Source: Pseudomonadota bacterium (GTDB lineage: Bacteria; Pseudomonadota; Alphaproteobacteria; Rhizobiales; Kaistiaceae). Taken from it: 32,988 nt of DNA. A model generated the notes under the pieces. The model made no database searches. It saw only the letters and a list, made by a program, of their open reading frames with translations, and was not told where the DNA came from. The stretch covers positions 1 through 32,988 of the forward strand of contig JAEVZM010000364.1 of assembly GCA_023392225.1 (NCBI GenBank). The letters run 5' to 3'. Every line of letters begins with the position of its first letter. Position 1 is the stretch's first letter. This document shows, piece after piece, positions 18,122-30,040 of the stretch. Made by a program: the position numbers and the translations under genes.

Positions 18122-19333
18122 ATGACGCAGATCGAGAAGTACATCTTCGAGCGCCTCGTCCGGGGCTTCTTCATGGGCTTCGCGGCCCTGACCATGACGG
18201 TCTGGCTCACCCAGGCGCTCCGGCAGTTCGACCTCGTCTCGGCGATGGGCCAGACGATCGTGACGTTCTTCAAGATCACGCTCCTGCTGTTGCCCTCGCT
18301 GATGACGGTGACCGCGCCGATCGCGCTGATGCTCGCGGTGATCTACACCTTCAACTCGATGAACCAGGGATCGGAGCTGGTGGTGATCAACGCCGCCGGC
18401 ACCAAGCAATGGTGGCTGCTCAAGCCGGTGCTGATCGCCGGGCTCGCCGTCACCCTGTTCATGGCGACGATGACGCTGTGGATGTCGCCGCTGTCGCTCA
18501 GGCTGTGGCGCGAGCTGCGCTCTGAGGTTAACGGCAACCTGCTCACCTCGATCCTGCGCGAGGGCGAGTTCGTCAAGATCGAGAACGGCCTCTATTTCCA
18601 GCTCCGCCAGCGCATGCCGGACGGGACGCTGCGCGGCATCTTCCTCACCGACAGCCGGGACGACAATGAAGACGTCGACTACATCGCCGAGCGCGGCGCG
18701 GTGCTCGACAGCCCCGCCGGCATGTTCCTGGTGATGAGCGACGGGACCATCCAGACGCGCAAGGACGCCAAGCCCGACGAGGAAAAGGATACGTCGCTGT
18801 CGATCATCCAGTTCAGCTCCTACGCCTTCGACCTGTCGAGCTTCTCGAGCCCGGGCAAGGCGCCGAAGTTCATGCCGAACGAGCGCCCGACCACCTATCT
18901 GTTCAGTCCCGATCCCGACGACCGGCTGTTCCAGAAGGAGCCGGGGAAGTACTCGGCCGAGATTCATGCGCGCTTCACGACCCCGATCAACGCCCTGCTC
19001 TTCGCCGTGATTCCCCTTCTGTTCCTCAGTCAGGCGATGACGGTGCGCCAGAAGCGCTCGGCGACGATCGCCCTTGCGGCGACCTCGGCCCTGGCCCTTG
19101 CCTCGCTCGAGTTCGTGCTGGGCATCGCCGCGCGCGACCAGGTCCTGCCGCCGATCGTCATGTACCTGGTGCCGATCGGCGCGATCGTTGCCAGCTGCGT
19201 GCTGATTCTCCTCGGCATACAGCCCAAGGCCCCCGACTTCCTCGTCGCCTACAGCGAGAAGTTCGCCGATGGCCTCCGCGGGATCTTTCGGCGCCGGCGT
19301 CCGGCGGCGGCGGTCGCATCGGGCAACCCGTGA
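18122..19333 (+). CDS. lptF: LPS export ABC transporter permease LptF
   Basis: IEKYIF, SELVVINAAG, 3+3 TM layout with periplasmic domain, AEIHARF; upstream of lptG-lptD. Confidence 0.9.
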   Translation: MTQIEKYIFERLVRGFFMGFAALTMTVWLTQALRQFDLVSAMGQTIVTFFKITLLLLPSLMTVTAPIALMLAVIYTFNSMNQGSELVVINAAGTKQWWLLKPVLIAGLAVTLFMATMTLWMSPLSLRLWRELRSEVNGNLLTSILREGEFVKIENGLYFQLRQRMPDGTLRGIFLTDSRDDNEDVDYIAERGAVLDSPAGMFLVMSDGTIQTRKDAKPDEEKDTSLSIIQFSSYAFDLSSFSSPGKAPKFMPNERPTTYLFSPDPDDRLFQKEPGKYSAEIHARFTTPINALLFAVIPLLFLSQAMTVRQKRSATIALAATSALALASLEFVLGIAARDQVLPPIVMYLVPIGAIVASCVLILLGIQPKAPDFLVAYSEKFADGLRGIFRRRRPAAAVASGNP

Positions 19334-19349
19334 GCGCAGTGCCTGATCG

Positions 19350-20435
19350 ATGATTGGAAAGACCCTCGGATTCTATTTCGCCCGCCAGTTCGCGACACTG
19401 GTCATCGCAATATTTCTGTTCTTTTTCTTCCTCGTCTTCATCATCACCTATCTCGAGTTCTTCACGAGAACTCTCGGCGCCGACGACTTCGACCCCGTGA
19501 AGGTGCTGCTCCTTACCCTCTACCGGGTGCCCTCGATCTGCGAGGACATCCTGCCCTTCACCACCCTCTTCGGCTCGATCGCCGCGTTCATCCTGGCGAA
19601 TCGCCGGCTCGAGATCGTCATCGCCCGCGCGGCCGGCATCTCGGCCTGGCAGTTCCTATTGCCGGCCTGCATCGTCGGGCTCCTGTTCGGGATCGGCGCG
19701 ACGGTGATCTACAACCCGATATCGACCGAGTTGCGCACGATCTCGGACGAGATGCGGGCGAGTCTCACCGAAAAGCGGCCGAAGCGGGAGGAGAGCGGCC
19801 CGATCTGGATAAGGCAGGCCGGCGAAGGCCACGAATCCCTCATCGGCGCGGCGAAGACGTCGGAGGACGGCATGACCCTCTCGGACGTCACGGCCTTCGT
19901 CTTCGGCGACAACGGTGCCTTCCTCGAGCGGATCGATGCACGCACGGCGCGATTCACCCCCGGGGCCTGGCAGATCGAGGACGCCCTGATCACCCGACTC
20001 GAGCAAAAGCCGAAGAAGGAGGCGACCTATCGCCTGCCGACCACCCTGTCTCCGGAGCTGGTTCGGGAAACCTTTGATAACCTTGATGCGATATCGTTCT
20101 GGGAATTGCCGAAGCTGATCGATTCGGCGCAACGCGCAGGGCTGCCTTCGACCCGCTATGAGCTTCGGTACAACACCCTCCTCTCCCGTCCCGTGGTGCT
20201 GTTGGCAATGGTCCTGATCGCTGCCATCGTATCCCTGCGATTCTCCCGTTCTCGGGAGGTTGGGAACATGATTTTGGCTGGTGTCGGCGTAGGCTTCATG
20301 CTTTATGTGGTGTCCAAGATCGCGTGGGACCTGGGGAGCGGGGGCATCGTTCCACCGCCGCTGGCGGCATGGCTTCCCGCGATCGTGACTTTGTTAATGG
20401 GAGCCACCGCGCTCCTGCATCTGGAGGATGGATGA
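19350..20435 (+). CDS. lptG: LPS export ABC transporter permease LptG
   Basis: LEIVIARAAGISAWQF, ISFWELP, PPLAAWLP, C-terminal EDG typical of LptG. Confidence 0.92.
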   Translation: MIGKTLGFYFARQFATLVIAIFLFFFFLVFIITYLEFFTRTLGADDFDPVKVLLLTLYRVPSICEDILPFTTLFGSIAAFILANRRLEIVIARAAGISAWQFLLPACIVGLLFGIGATVIYNPISTELRTISDEMRASLTEKRPKREESGPIWIRQAGEGHESLIGAAKTSEDGMTLSDVTAFVFGDNGAFLERIDARTARFTPGAWQIEDALITRLEQKPKKEATYRLPTTLSPELVRETFDNLDAISFWELPKLIDSAQRAGLPSTRYELRYNTLLSRPVVLLAMVLIAAIVSLRFSRSREVGNMILAGVGVGFMLYVVSKIAWDLGSGGIVPPPLAAWLPAIVTLLMGATALLHLEDG

Positions 20436-22789
20436 GCGTCGGGGGGGACTACCGCACGCTGATCTCGGGGTTGTTGCGTCGAATCGCCATTCCGGCGATC
20501 GCGATTTCGTTCGCCTTCTTTCCTGTCGCCGTGCCGCAGTCGGCCGCCCAGGGGCTGTCGATGGCCGACTATGCGCCGACGGGAAAGCCGAAGGCCGGGT
20601 CCCAGATGCTGGTCGAGGCCGAAGAGCTGGTCTACGACTACGACAACGACACGATCTCCGCCGTCGGCAACGTCAAGATCTACTACATGGGCTACACGCT
20701 CGAGGCCGACCGTGTCAGCTACGTGAAGAACACGGCCAAGCTGCTGGCGATGGGCAACGTCAAGATGACGGACCCGAGCGGCATGGTCATCTACGCCGAC
20801 GACATCGACATCACGCAGGATTTCCGCGACGGCTTCGTTGCCTCGCTCCGCGTCGAGACGCCGGACAAGACCTACTTCGCAGCCGAGCGCGCCGAGCGCG
20901 CCGCCGGCGAGACGACGACCTTCGTCAACGGCGTCTACACCGCGTGCGAGCCTTGCGAGGAGAAGCCGGACCGGCCGCCGCTCTGGCAGGTCAAGGCGAA
21001 GCGGATCATCGTCGACGACAAGGAGAAGATGGTCTACTTCCACGATGCGAGCTTCGAGTTCCTCGGCGTGCCGCTCGCATGGGTGCCGAAGCTCAGCATC
21101 GCCGATCCGTCGGTGAAGCGGAAGAGCGGCTTCCTGGCCCCCTCCTTCGGCTATAGCGACGATGTCGGCTGGTCGATCGCGACGCCTTACTTCATCGCGC
21201 TGGCACCCAACTACGACGTCACTCTCACCCCGGTCTACTACACCGAGCAGGGCTTCCTCGGCGACGTCGAGTGGCGGCAGCGGCTGGCCCACGGCCAGTT
21301 CACGCTTCGCATGGCCGGCATCAGCCAGCAGAACCCGGAGAACTTCCTGACCAATAGCGGCGGCGGCACGTTCGCGCAGCGCGACTTCCGCGGTGGCGTC
21401 CGCGCCACGGGCCAGTACGCCCTCAGCCGCGACTGGACGCTCGGCTGGGACGGCACCCTGAGCACGGACCGCACGTTCACGCAGAACTACAACGTCCTCA
21501 ACGAAGACAAGGCGAGCACGACCTCGCAGATCTTCCTGACCGGGCTCCGCGACCGCAACTACTTCGACGCGCGGATCCAGTACTACGAGATCCTCGCCGA
21601 CAGCACGGCCGACAAGTACGACCAGGATCGCCAGGCCGTGGCGCTGCCGATCGTCGACCACGACTACATCTTCGATTCGCCGATCCTCGGCGGCGAGCTC
21701 GCGCTCCGTTCGAACCTGACGAACCTCACCCGCGAATCCGCCGATCCGTTCCAGATCAACAACGAGACCTACTATCACGGCCTCGCCGGCGACTACTTGC
21801 GGGTGACCGAGGACCTGTCATGGGAGAAGAAGTCGGTGCTGCCCGGCGGGCAGCTGCTGACCACCTTCGCCTCGGCCCGCGGCGATTTCTATTCGATGAG
21901 CCCGAACGATACCGGCGGCATCTGGCCGGATCTGACCACCAACGACACCCCGGTCCGGTTCATGCCGACCATTGGTGCCGAGTGGAGCCTGCCGATCCTG
22001 GCGCGCGCCGGCAAGTCGACCCACGTCTTCGAGCCCATCGTCCAGGTGGTGGTGCGGCCTGACGAGCCCTATGCGGGCGAGCTGCCGAACGACGACGCGC
22101 AGAGCCTGGTGTTCGACGATTCGATCCTGTTCCGTCGCGACAAGTTCTCCGGGCTCGACCGCGTCGAGGGCGGCACGCGCATGAACTACGGCATGCGCTA
22201 CGTCGGCACCTTTTCGAACAACATGGTCCTCGAGGGCCTGTTCGGTCAGTCGCGCATGCTGGCGGGGACCAATTCCTTCGCCGTCAAGGATATGGCCGAT
22301 GTCGGCGCCTATTCGGGCCTCGAGACCGACGTTTCCGACTATGTCGGCCGGATCACCCTCGGCTCGGCGGCCACCAAGGTAAGCCTCCGTGGCCGGTTCG
22401 ACGACGAGGACTTCGCCGTGCAGCGGGCCGAGATCGAGGCAAGCCAGACCTTCTCCTGGCTGTCGGCGTCGGCTTCCTACGGCTTCATCCGGGACGTGCC
22501 GACCGCGGGCATCGACCAGCAGCAGTTCGTCAACGTCAATGCCTCGGCGCGTTTCGCCGACAACTGGCGCCTGTTCGGCTCGGCGGTGTACGACGTCCAG
22601 CACCGGTCGGTCAGCAAGGACAGCATCGGCCTCTCCTACGACAACAGCTGCGTGTCTCTCTCGATCGCCTACACCGAGACCCGCAACACGTTGATCCCGG
22701 ACCGCTCGCTGACCTTCAAGCTCCTGCTGCGCACCCTCGCCGAGGGCAGTGTGAACGCCAACGTCTCCGGGCTCACGTCGAGCAACTAG
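20432..22789 (+). CDS. lptD: LPS-assembly protein LptD
   Basis: Signal peptide, OstA-like N-domain, YTACEPC, PLWQVKA, RKSGFL, PNDDAQSLVFD, DKFSGLDRVEGG; ATGA overlap with lptG. Confidence 0.95.
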   Translation: MSVGGDYRTLISGLLRRIAIPAIAISFAFFPVAVPQSAAQGLSMADYAPTGKPKAGSQMLVEAEELVYDYDNDTISAVGNVKIYYMGYTLEADRVSYVKNTAKLLAMGNVKMTDPSGMVIYADDIDITQDFRDGFVASLRVETPDKTYFAAERAERAAGETTTFVNGVYTACEPCEEKPDRPPLWQVKAKRIIVDDKEKMVYFHDASFEFLGVPLAWVPKLSIADPSVKRKSGFLAPSFGYSDDVGWSIATPYFIALAPNYDVTLTPVYYTEQGFLGDVEWRQRLAHGQFTLRMAGISQQNPENFLTNSGGGTFAQRDFRGGVRATGQYALSRDWTLGWDGTLSTDRTFTQNYNVLNEDKASTTSQIFLTGLRDRNYFDARIQYYEILADSTADKYDQDRQAVALPIVDHDYIFDSPILGGELALRSNLTNLTRESADPFQINNETYYHGLAGDYLRVTEDLSWEKKSVLPGGQLLTTFASARGDFYSMSPNDTGGIWPDLTTNDTPVRFMPTIGAEWSLPILARAGKSTHVFEPIVQVVVRPDEPYAGELPNDDAQSLVFDDSILFRRDKFSGLDRVEGGTRMNYGMRYVGTFSNNMVLEGLFGQSRMLAGTNSFAVKDMADVGAYSGLETDVSDYVGRITLGSAATKVSLRGRFDDEDFAVQRAEIEASQTFSWLSASASYGFIRDVPTAGIDQQQFVNVNASARFADNWRLFGSAVYDVQHRSVSKDSIGLSYDNSCVSLSIAYTETRNTLIPDRSLTFKLLLRTLAEGSVNANVSGLTSSN

Positions 22790-22850
22790 TGACGGAGATC
22801 ATGGTTTCGCCGGATTTTTCTGCCTTTTCTTGAGGCATGAACGGCCGATC

Positions 22851-22873
22851 GGAGGCACCAGCATCGTGCCTCC
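22851..22873 (+). other. Perfect 8-bp stem-loop GGAGGCAC-N7-GTGCCTCC in the lptD-surA spacer
   Basis: Read directly; no following U-tract, so not called a terminator. Confidence 0.55.
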
Positions 22874-22907
22874 CGGACCGGTCACAGGAACGGGATTTTC
22901 CGGAATC

Positions 22908-23831
22908 ATGCGTCTGACCAGGTTCATCGCAACTGCTTTCGTCGCCGTAGCGGTCGCTACTGCGGCGACGCCATCCTTCAGCGCGAGCTCGATCAAGGTG
23001 AAGGTCGACGACCAGCCGATCACCTCGTACGACATCCAGCAGCGAACCCGTCTGCTCGAGATGACCGGCGTCAAGGGCGGCCAGAAGGCGGCCACCGACG
23101 AGCTCATCGACGAGACGATCCAGTTCATCGAAGCCGCCACGATGGGCGTGGGCGGCCGCGACGCGCGGGTCGACGGAGCGATCGACGAGATCGCGGTGCG
23201 GGTCAAGATGACGCCGAAGGGGCTGGCGAACGCCCTCTCGGAGCAGGGCGTCGACATCGCCACGCTGCGGCGACGCATCAAGGCGCAGATGGTCTGGGCG
23301 CAACTCGTCCAGATGCGGACGCGCATGAAGGGCACCTCGGCCAAGGCTTCGGACGTCACCGCCGAGATGTTCGCCGAGAGCGGCGGGCCCGGCGAGATCA
23401 AGACGACGGAGTACACGCTCAAGCCGGTGATCTTCGTCATTCCCAAGGGCTCCTCGGGCGGCTACGACGCCCAGCGCCGCCGCGAGGCCGAGGCATTTCG
23501 CGGGCGGTTCCGCGGTTGCGAGACGATCGTCGAGCAGACCCGGCAGCTCAAGGAAGTGGTGGTCCGTCCGACGATGCGGCGGACCTCTGAGGAGCTCCAG
23601 GGCACGCCGGATGGCCGTGACATCCAGGAGGCGGGCGCCGGCAAGCTCACACGGCCGCAGCGCTCCGACGACGGCTACGTGATGCTCGCGATCTGCACCG
23701 CCAAGGAGATCCAGAGCAACGCTGCCGCGCGCGTCCAGGCCGAGAACAAGCTGCTCACCGAGATCAACAAGGATCTCGGCAAGGACTATATGGACGAGCT
23801 TCGCAAGAAGGCGGTCATCGAGTACAGGTAG
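22908..23831 (+). CDS. surA: SurA N-terminal domain periplasmic chaperone
   Basis: Signal peptide, VDDQPITSYDI, DELIDE, C-terminal YMDELRKKAVIEYR; lptD-surA-pdxA-rsmA synteny. Confidence 0.88.
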   Translation: MRLTRFIATAFVAVAVATAATPSFSASSIKVKVDDQPITSYDIQQRTRLLEMTGVKGGQKAATDELIDETIQFIEAATMGVGGRDARVDGAIDEIAVRVKMTPKGLANALSEQGVDIATLRRRIKAQMVWAQLVQMRTRMKGTSAKASDVTAEMFAESGGPGEIKTTEYTLKPVIFVIPKGSSGGYDAQRRREAEAFRGRFRGCETIVEQTRQLKEVVVRPTMRRTSEELQGTPDGRDIQEAGAGKLTRPQRSDDGYVMLAICTAKEIQSNAAARVQAENKLLTEINKDLGKDYMDELRKKAVIEYR

Positions 23832-23875
23832 ACGTTCCGCCGGCACGACGCCGGCGGCCACGAGGGATTCGCGCC

Positions 23876-24892
23876 TTGGATGCATTGCCGCCGCTGGCCC
23901 TGACGATGGGCGAACCCGGTGGCATCGGGCCGGACATCACGCTGGCCGTCTGGTCGCGCCGCCGCGAGATTGATGTGCCGCCTTTCTATCTGCTGGCCGA
24001 TCCCGCGTTCATCGCCGAGCGGGCGGCACTGATCGGTATCGATTGCCCGATCGAGGTCGTCGACCCGCGGGACGCGGGCGCGGTGTTCCAGGAGGCCCTC
24101 CCCATCGTGCCGCTGAAGGGCACGGTCACGACAGAGGCCGGGGTCGCCGATCCGGCCAACGCCACCGCCGTCGTGGAAGCGATCGCCCGCGCGGTCGGTG
24201 ACGTGCGCTCCGGCGTGGCGGCGGCGATCGTCACCAACCCGATCAACAAGCAGGCGCTCTACACCGCCGGCTTCCGGCATCCCGGCCATACCGAGTTCCT
24301 CGGCACGCTGTCGGCGGCCTGGACCGGGTTCACGGCGCGGCCGGTGATGATGCTCGCCGGCCCGGAACTGCGGGCCGTACCGGTGACGATCCACGTGCCG
24401 CTTCACGCGGTTGCCGATCTCTTGACCACGGAGATGATCGTCGAGACCGGCCGGATCGTCGCCTACGACCTTCGGCGGCGCTTCGGCCTGCCCTACCCGC
24501 GTCTCGCCATTGCCGGCCTCAATCCGCATGCCGGCGAGGGCGGGTCGATTGGCAGCGAGGATGCGGCGATCATCGCTCCCGCGGTCGCGGCCCTGCGTGC
24601 CGACGGCATCCAGGTCGCCGGACCCCTGTCGGCGGATGCGATGTTCCACCGCGCGGCGCGGGCCGGGTATGACGCGGCGCTCTGCATGTATCACGACCAG
24701 GCGCTGATCCCGGCGAAGACCCTCGCTTTCGCCGAAACGGTCAACGTCACGCTCGGCCTCGCCTTCGTCCGCACCTCGCCCGACCACGGCACCGCCTTCG
24801 ACCTCGCCGGCACCGGGCGGGCCGATCCGTCGAGCCTCGCCGCCGCCTTGCGGCTCGCGGCGGAACTGGTCGCCAACGAACGCGCGGAATGA
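23876..24892 (+). CDS. pdxA: 4-hydroxythreonine-4-phosphate dehydrogenase
   Basis: [38 protein letters not shown]. Confidence 0.97.
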   Translation: MDALPPLALTMGEPGGIGPDITLAVWSRRREIDVPPFYLLADPAFIAERAALIGIDCPIEVVDPRDAGAVFQEALPIVPLKGTVTTEAGVADPANATAVVEAIARAVGDVRSGVAAAIVTNPINKQALYTAGFRHPGHTEFLGTLSAAWTGFTARPVMMLAGPELRAVPVTIHVPLHAVADLLTTEMIVETGRIVAYDLRRRFGLPYPRLAIAGLNPHAGEGGSIGSEDAAIIAPAVAALRADGIQVAGPLSADAMFHRAARAGYDAALCMYHDQALIPAKTLAFAETVNVTLGLAFVRTSPDHGTAFDLAGTGRADPSSLAAALRLAAELVANERAE

Positions 24893-25746
24893 GCGCCATC
24901 GACGACCTGCCGCCGCTGCGCGAGGTCATCGCGCGACATGGCCTGTCGGCGATCAAGGGCCTCGGCCAGAACTTCCTGCTCGACCTGAATCTCACCGCCC
25001 GGATCGCGCGGGCCGCCGGCGACCTCTCCGACCGCACCGTGATCGAGGTCGGCCCCGGGCCGGGCGGGCTCACCCGCGCACTGCTCGCCACCGGGGCCCG
25101 GCGGGTGGTGGCGATCGAGCGCGACGCGCGCTGCCTGCCGGCGCTGGAGGAGATCGCCAGCCGTTATCCCGGCCGGCTCACGGTGATCCACGACGACGCG
25201 CTGACCATCGATTTCGCCAGCCTTGCGGACGGCCCGACGCGGATCGTGGCCAACCTGCCCTACAACGTGGCGACGCCACTGCTGGTCGGCTGGCTGCGCG
25301 CCGAGCCCTGGCCCCCGTACTACGAATCGCTGACGCTCATGTTCCAGCGCGAGGTGGCGGAGCGAATCGTCGCGCCGCCGGGTGGCAAGGCCTACGGCCG
25401 CCTCGGCGTTCTCGCCGGCTGGCGGAGCGAGGCGCGCATCCTGTTCAACGTGCCGCCATCTGCCTTCACGCCAGCGCCCAAGGTGACATCGGCGATCGTC
25501 GGCCTCACGCCGTTGCCAAGTCCCCTCCCCGCCGATGCTGCGATCCTCGAGCGGGTCGTTGCCGCCGCGTTCGGCCAGCGGCGGAAGATGCTCCGGCAAA
25601 GCCTCCGCTCACTCGGGGTCGACCCATTGCCGCTCCTCGCCGCCGCGGGGATCGATCCGACCCAGCGGGCGGAGGAGATCGACGTCGCCGGCTTCGTCGC
25701 CCTCGCCAATGCTCTCCGCGGCCCGGCGGGCCACACCCCCGCCTAG
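24889..25746 (+). CDS. rsmA: 16S rRNA adenine dimethyltransferase RsmA/KsgA
   Basis: [37 protein letters not shown]. Confidence 0.97.
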   Translation: MSAIDDLPPLREVIARHGLSAIKGLGQNFLLDLNLTARIARAAGDLSDRTVIEVGPGPGGLTRALLATGARRVVAIERDARCLPALEEIASRYPGRLTVIHDDALTIDFASLADGPTRIVANLPYNVATPLLVGWLRAEPWPPYYESLTLMFQREVAERIVAPPGGKAYGRLGVLAGWRSEARILFNVPPSAFTPAPKVTSAIVGLTPLPSPLPADAAILERVVAAAFGQRRKMLRQSLRSLGVDPLPLLAAAGIDPTQRAEEIDVAGFVALANALRGPAGHTPA

Positions 25747-25752
25747 CGGGAG

Positions 25753-26385
25753 CTACTCGGCAAGAAGTCGCGAGACGTGATCGCGCAGCACCGGCTGGCG
25801 AATCCGCTTCTGGCGCTCGGCATGGAGGATGTTGCGGGTCGTCGCGAGCGAGGCCTGAAGGTCCTCGTTGACGATCACGTATTCGTACTCGTCCCAGTGG
25901 CGGATCTCGTTCCGGGCATTCGCCAGACGACGGCCGATGACGTCGGCTCCGTCCTCGGCGCGCCGCTCGAGCCGGGCGCGGAGCTCCGCCATCGATGGCG
26001 GCAGGACGAAGATGCGGACGATGTCGTCGGGCATCGCCTCGGCGAGCTGGCGAGTGCCCTGCCAGTCGATGTCGAACAGCACGTCACGGCCGGCGGCAAG
26101 CGCGGTTTCGACGGCGGCGCGCGGCGTCCCGTAGAGGTTGCCGTGAACCTCGGCCCATTCGAGCAGCTCGCCCCGGTCGCGCAGGGCGACGAACTGCGCG
26201 GGGTCGATGAAGTGATAGTGGACGCCGTTCACCTCGCTCGGCCGACGGGAGCGCGTGGTCACCGATACCGATAGCGACAGATCGCCCTCGTCCTGCAGCA
26301 GCAGGCGGCTGAGAGTCGACTTGCCGGCGCCGGAGGGGGAGGAAAGCACGAGCATCAGCCCGCGCCGCGAGGGTTCCGTAGCCAT
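25753..26385 (-). CDS. gmk: Guanylate kinase
   Basis: [34 protein letters not shown]. Confidence 0.97.
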   Translation of the reverse strand: MATEPSRRGLMLVLSSPSGAGKSTLSRLLLQDEGDLSLSVSVTTRSRRPSEVNGVHYHFIDPAQFVALRDRGELLEWAEVHGNLYGTPRAAVETALAAGRDVLFDIDWQGTRQLAEAMPDDIVRIFVLPPSMAELRARLERRAEDGADVIGRRLANARNEIRHWDEYEYVIVNEDLQASLATTRNILHAERQKRIRQPVLRDHVSRLLAE

Positions 26386-26388
26386 GGC

Positions 26389-27273
26389 CTATTCCAGGTT
26401 CTGGATCTGCTCGCGCAGCTGGTCGACCACCGCCTTGAGATCGAGGCCGATTGCCGTCAGGCTGCGGTCGTTGGACTTCGAGCAGAGCGTGTTGACGTCG
26501 CGGTTGAACTCCTGCCCGAGGAAATCGCGGCGCCGCCCGACGGGACCGCCCTTGGCGAGGAGCTCCCGCGCCGCGGTGACATGCGCCTCGAGGCGATCGA
26601 GCTCCTCGCGGATGTCCGCCTTGGTGGCGAGGATGACGGCCTCCTGGTGAAGGCGGTCGGGGTCCAGCGCCGGGGCCGCGTCGAGGAGCGTCGCGACCTG
26701 TTCGGCGAGCCGCGCGCGGATCGCCTCCGGCTGGCGGACGGGTGCCGATTCGGCCAGGCCCGCAAGCCGTGCGATCTCGTCGATCCGGCCGCCGAGGATG
26801 GTGCCGAGCGCGGCGCCTTCGCGGGCGCGTGCTTCGCTCAACCCGTCGATCGCGCTGCCGAGCCCGGCGAGAATCGCAGCATCGATGCTCGCCTGGTCGG
26901 CCTCGTCGACGGTCTCATCCCCGGCTTCGAGCACCCCGCGAATCGAAAGGATGCCATCGAGCGTCGGCGCCGTCGCTGCAACCTTCTCCTTTATCCGCGC
27001 CATGGCGTCGATGACCTGGGAAAGGACGGCTTCGTTCACGATCACGCGCTGGGTGGTGCTTCGCCCGTCGACCGAGAGCAGGACCTGGATGTTGCCGCGG
27101 GCGAAGCGGCTCGACACCTGCTCGCGCACCGCGGGCTCAAGGCGCTCCATGCCCGGGGGCATCCGGATCCGGATGTCGAGCCCCTTGCCGTTGACGCTCC
27201 TCAGCTCCCAAGTCCAGCGGAGATCGGTTCCGCCCTCTGCCCGGGCAAAGCCCGTCATGCTTTGAAGCGCCAT
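26389..27273 (-). CDS. yicC: YicC/YloC family endoribonuclease
   Basis: MALQSMTGF, ELRSVN, DIREELDRL, NTLCSKS, REQIQNLE; upstream of gmk. Confidence 0.94.
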   Translation of the reverse strand: MALQSMTGFARAEGGTDLRWTWELRSVNGKGLDIRIRMPPGMERLEPAVREQVSSRFARGNIQVLLSVDGRSTTQRVIVNEAVLSQVIDAMARIKEKVAATAPTLDGILSIRGVLEAGDETVDEADQASIDAAILAGLGSAIDGLSEARAREGAALGTILGGRIDEIARLAGLAESAPVRQPEAIRARLAEQVATLLDAAPALDPDRLHQEAVILATKADIREELDRLEAHVTAARELLAKGGPVGRRRDFLGQEFNRDVNTLCSKSNDRSLTAIGLDLKAVVDQLREQIQNLE

Positions 27274-27355
27274 ATACGCCGCCCCCACTCTGCCGCTCCT
27301 CCGAGACGCCCTCTCGCGCCTCGAATGCGGCCCGGTCAAGCGACTCGCTGCGACC

Positions 27356-28621
<1,266 letters not shown>

Positions 28622-28685
28622 AGCGCGCGTCTAGGCCCTCTACGGCAAGCACTTCGGGTCGGACGTGACTTTAGCACTGAATATG

Positions 28686-28710
28686 GCGGGAGCGGGATCG
28701 CCGCCCCCGC
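28686..28710 (-). terminator. GC-rich 10-bp hairpin just after the fabF stop (possible terminator or stabiliser)
   Basis: Minus strand GCGGGGGCGG-CGATC-CCGCTCCCGC (one G-U pair); poor U-tract. Confidence 0.4.
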
Positions 28711-28714
28711 ACAG

Positions 28715-29977
28715 TCAAGCGTGGCGGCGGAAGACGATCGAAGCGTTGGTGCCGCCGAAACCGAAGGAATTCGACAGTACCACGTTCATCTCATGCGCCT
28801 TGGCCTGGTGCGGAACCAGATCGAGGGCGGTCTCGACGGACGGGTTGTCGAGATTGATCGTCGGCGGGGCGATATTGTCCCGCATCGCCAGCAGCGAGAA
28901 GATCGCCTCGACCGCACCGGCGGCGCCGAGAAGATGCCCGGTCGCCGACTTGGTCGAGGACATCATCACCTTTCCGGCGGCGTTGCCGAGCAGCCGCTCG
29001 ACCGCCTTCAACTCGATCTCGTCACCCATCTGGGTCGAGGTGCCGTGGGCGTTGATGTAGTCGATCTCGTCGGCGGTGACGCCGGCCCGCTTCATCGCCA
29101 TGCGCATGCAGCGCTCGGCGCCATCACCATCCTCGGCTGGCGAGGTGATGTGGTAGGCGTCACCCGAGAGGCCATAGCCTACGAGTTCGCCATAGATACG
29201 CGCCCCGCGAGCCAAGGCGTGCTCGCGCTCCTCGAGCACCACCACGCCGGAGCCCTCGCCGATCACGAAGCCATCGCGATCACGGTCGTAGGGCCGCGAC
29301 GCTTCGGTCGGGCGATCGTTGTAGCCGGTCGAAAGCGCGCGGCAGGCCGCGAAGCCGGCGATCGACAGCCGGTTGACCGGCGATTCGGTGCCGCCGGCGA
29401 CCATCACGTCGGCATCGCCGAGGGCGATCAGCCGCCCGGCATCGCCGATGGCATGGGCTCCGGTCGAGCAGGCCGTCACCACCGAGTGGTTGGGGCCCTT
29501 CAAGCCGTGGCGGATGGACACCTGTCCCGAGGCAAGATTGATCAGCCGGCCGGGAATGAAGAACGGACTGATCCGCCGCGGACCACGCTCGAACAGCGTA
29601 ATCGAGGCATCATAGATGCCGCCGATGCCACCGATGCCCGAACCGATCAGCACGCCTGTGGCGCACTGGTCGTCATAGCTCTCGGGATGCCAGTCGGCAT
29701 CGTCCAGCGCCTGGGTCGCCGCTGCCATCGCGTAAACGATGAAATCGTCGACCTTGCGCTGCTCCTTGGGCTCCATCCAGTCGTCGGGATCGAAAACCCC
29801 TTCGCCGGCGGGGCCGCGCGGCACGCGGCAGGCGATCTGGCTAGCCAGGTCATCGACCGGGAAATCGGTGATGCGGACACCACCGCTCTTGCCGGCCAGC
29901 AGGCGCTTCCAGCTGATCTCGGCGCCGCAGCCAAGCGGCGACACCATTCCCAGGCCCGTTACAACCACACGTCTCAT
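28715..29977 (-). CDS. fabF: Beta-ketoacyl-ACP synthase II
   Basis: MRRVVVTGLG, TACSTG, NAHGTST, GHLLGAAG, SNSFGFGG. Confidence 0.97.
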   Translation of the reverse strand: MRRVVVTGLGMVSPLGCGAEISWKRLLAGKSGGVRITDFPVDDLASQIACRVPRGPAGEGVFDPDDWMEPKEQRKVDDFIVYAMAAATQALDDADWHPESYDDQCATGVLIGSGIGGIGGIYDASITLFERGPRRISPFFIPGRLINLASGQVSIRHGLKGPNHSVVTACSTGAHAIGDAGRLIALGDADVMVAGGTESPVNRLSIAGFAACRALSTGYNDRPTEASRPYDRDRDGFVIGEGSGVVVLEEREHALARGARIYGELVGYGLSGDAYHITSPAEDGDGAERCMRMAMKRAGVTADEIDYINAHGTSTQMGDEIELKAVERLLGNAAGKVMMSSTKSATGHLLGAAGAVEAIFSLLAMRDNIAPPTINLDNPSVETALDLVPHQAKAHEMNVVLSNSFGFGGTNASIVFRRHA

Positions 29978-30040
29978 GGCACGCTCCAGCGAAGCTCCGC
30001 CGAAAGCGGAAGCTCCGTCCTCTTCGGTCTGGAGTGGCCG

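Noticed and set aside
27335..27340. CTTGAC -35-like hexamer upstream of yicC
   Set aside because: No credible -10 at the right spacing.
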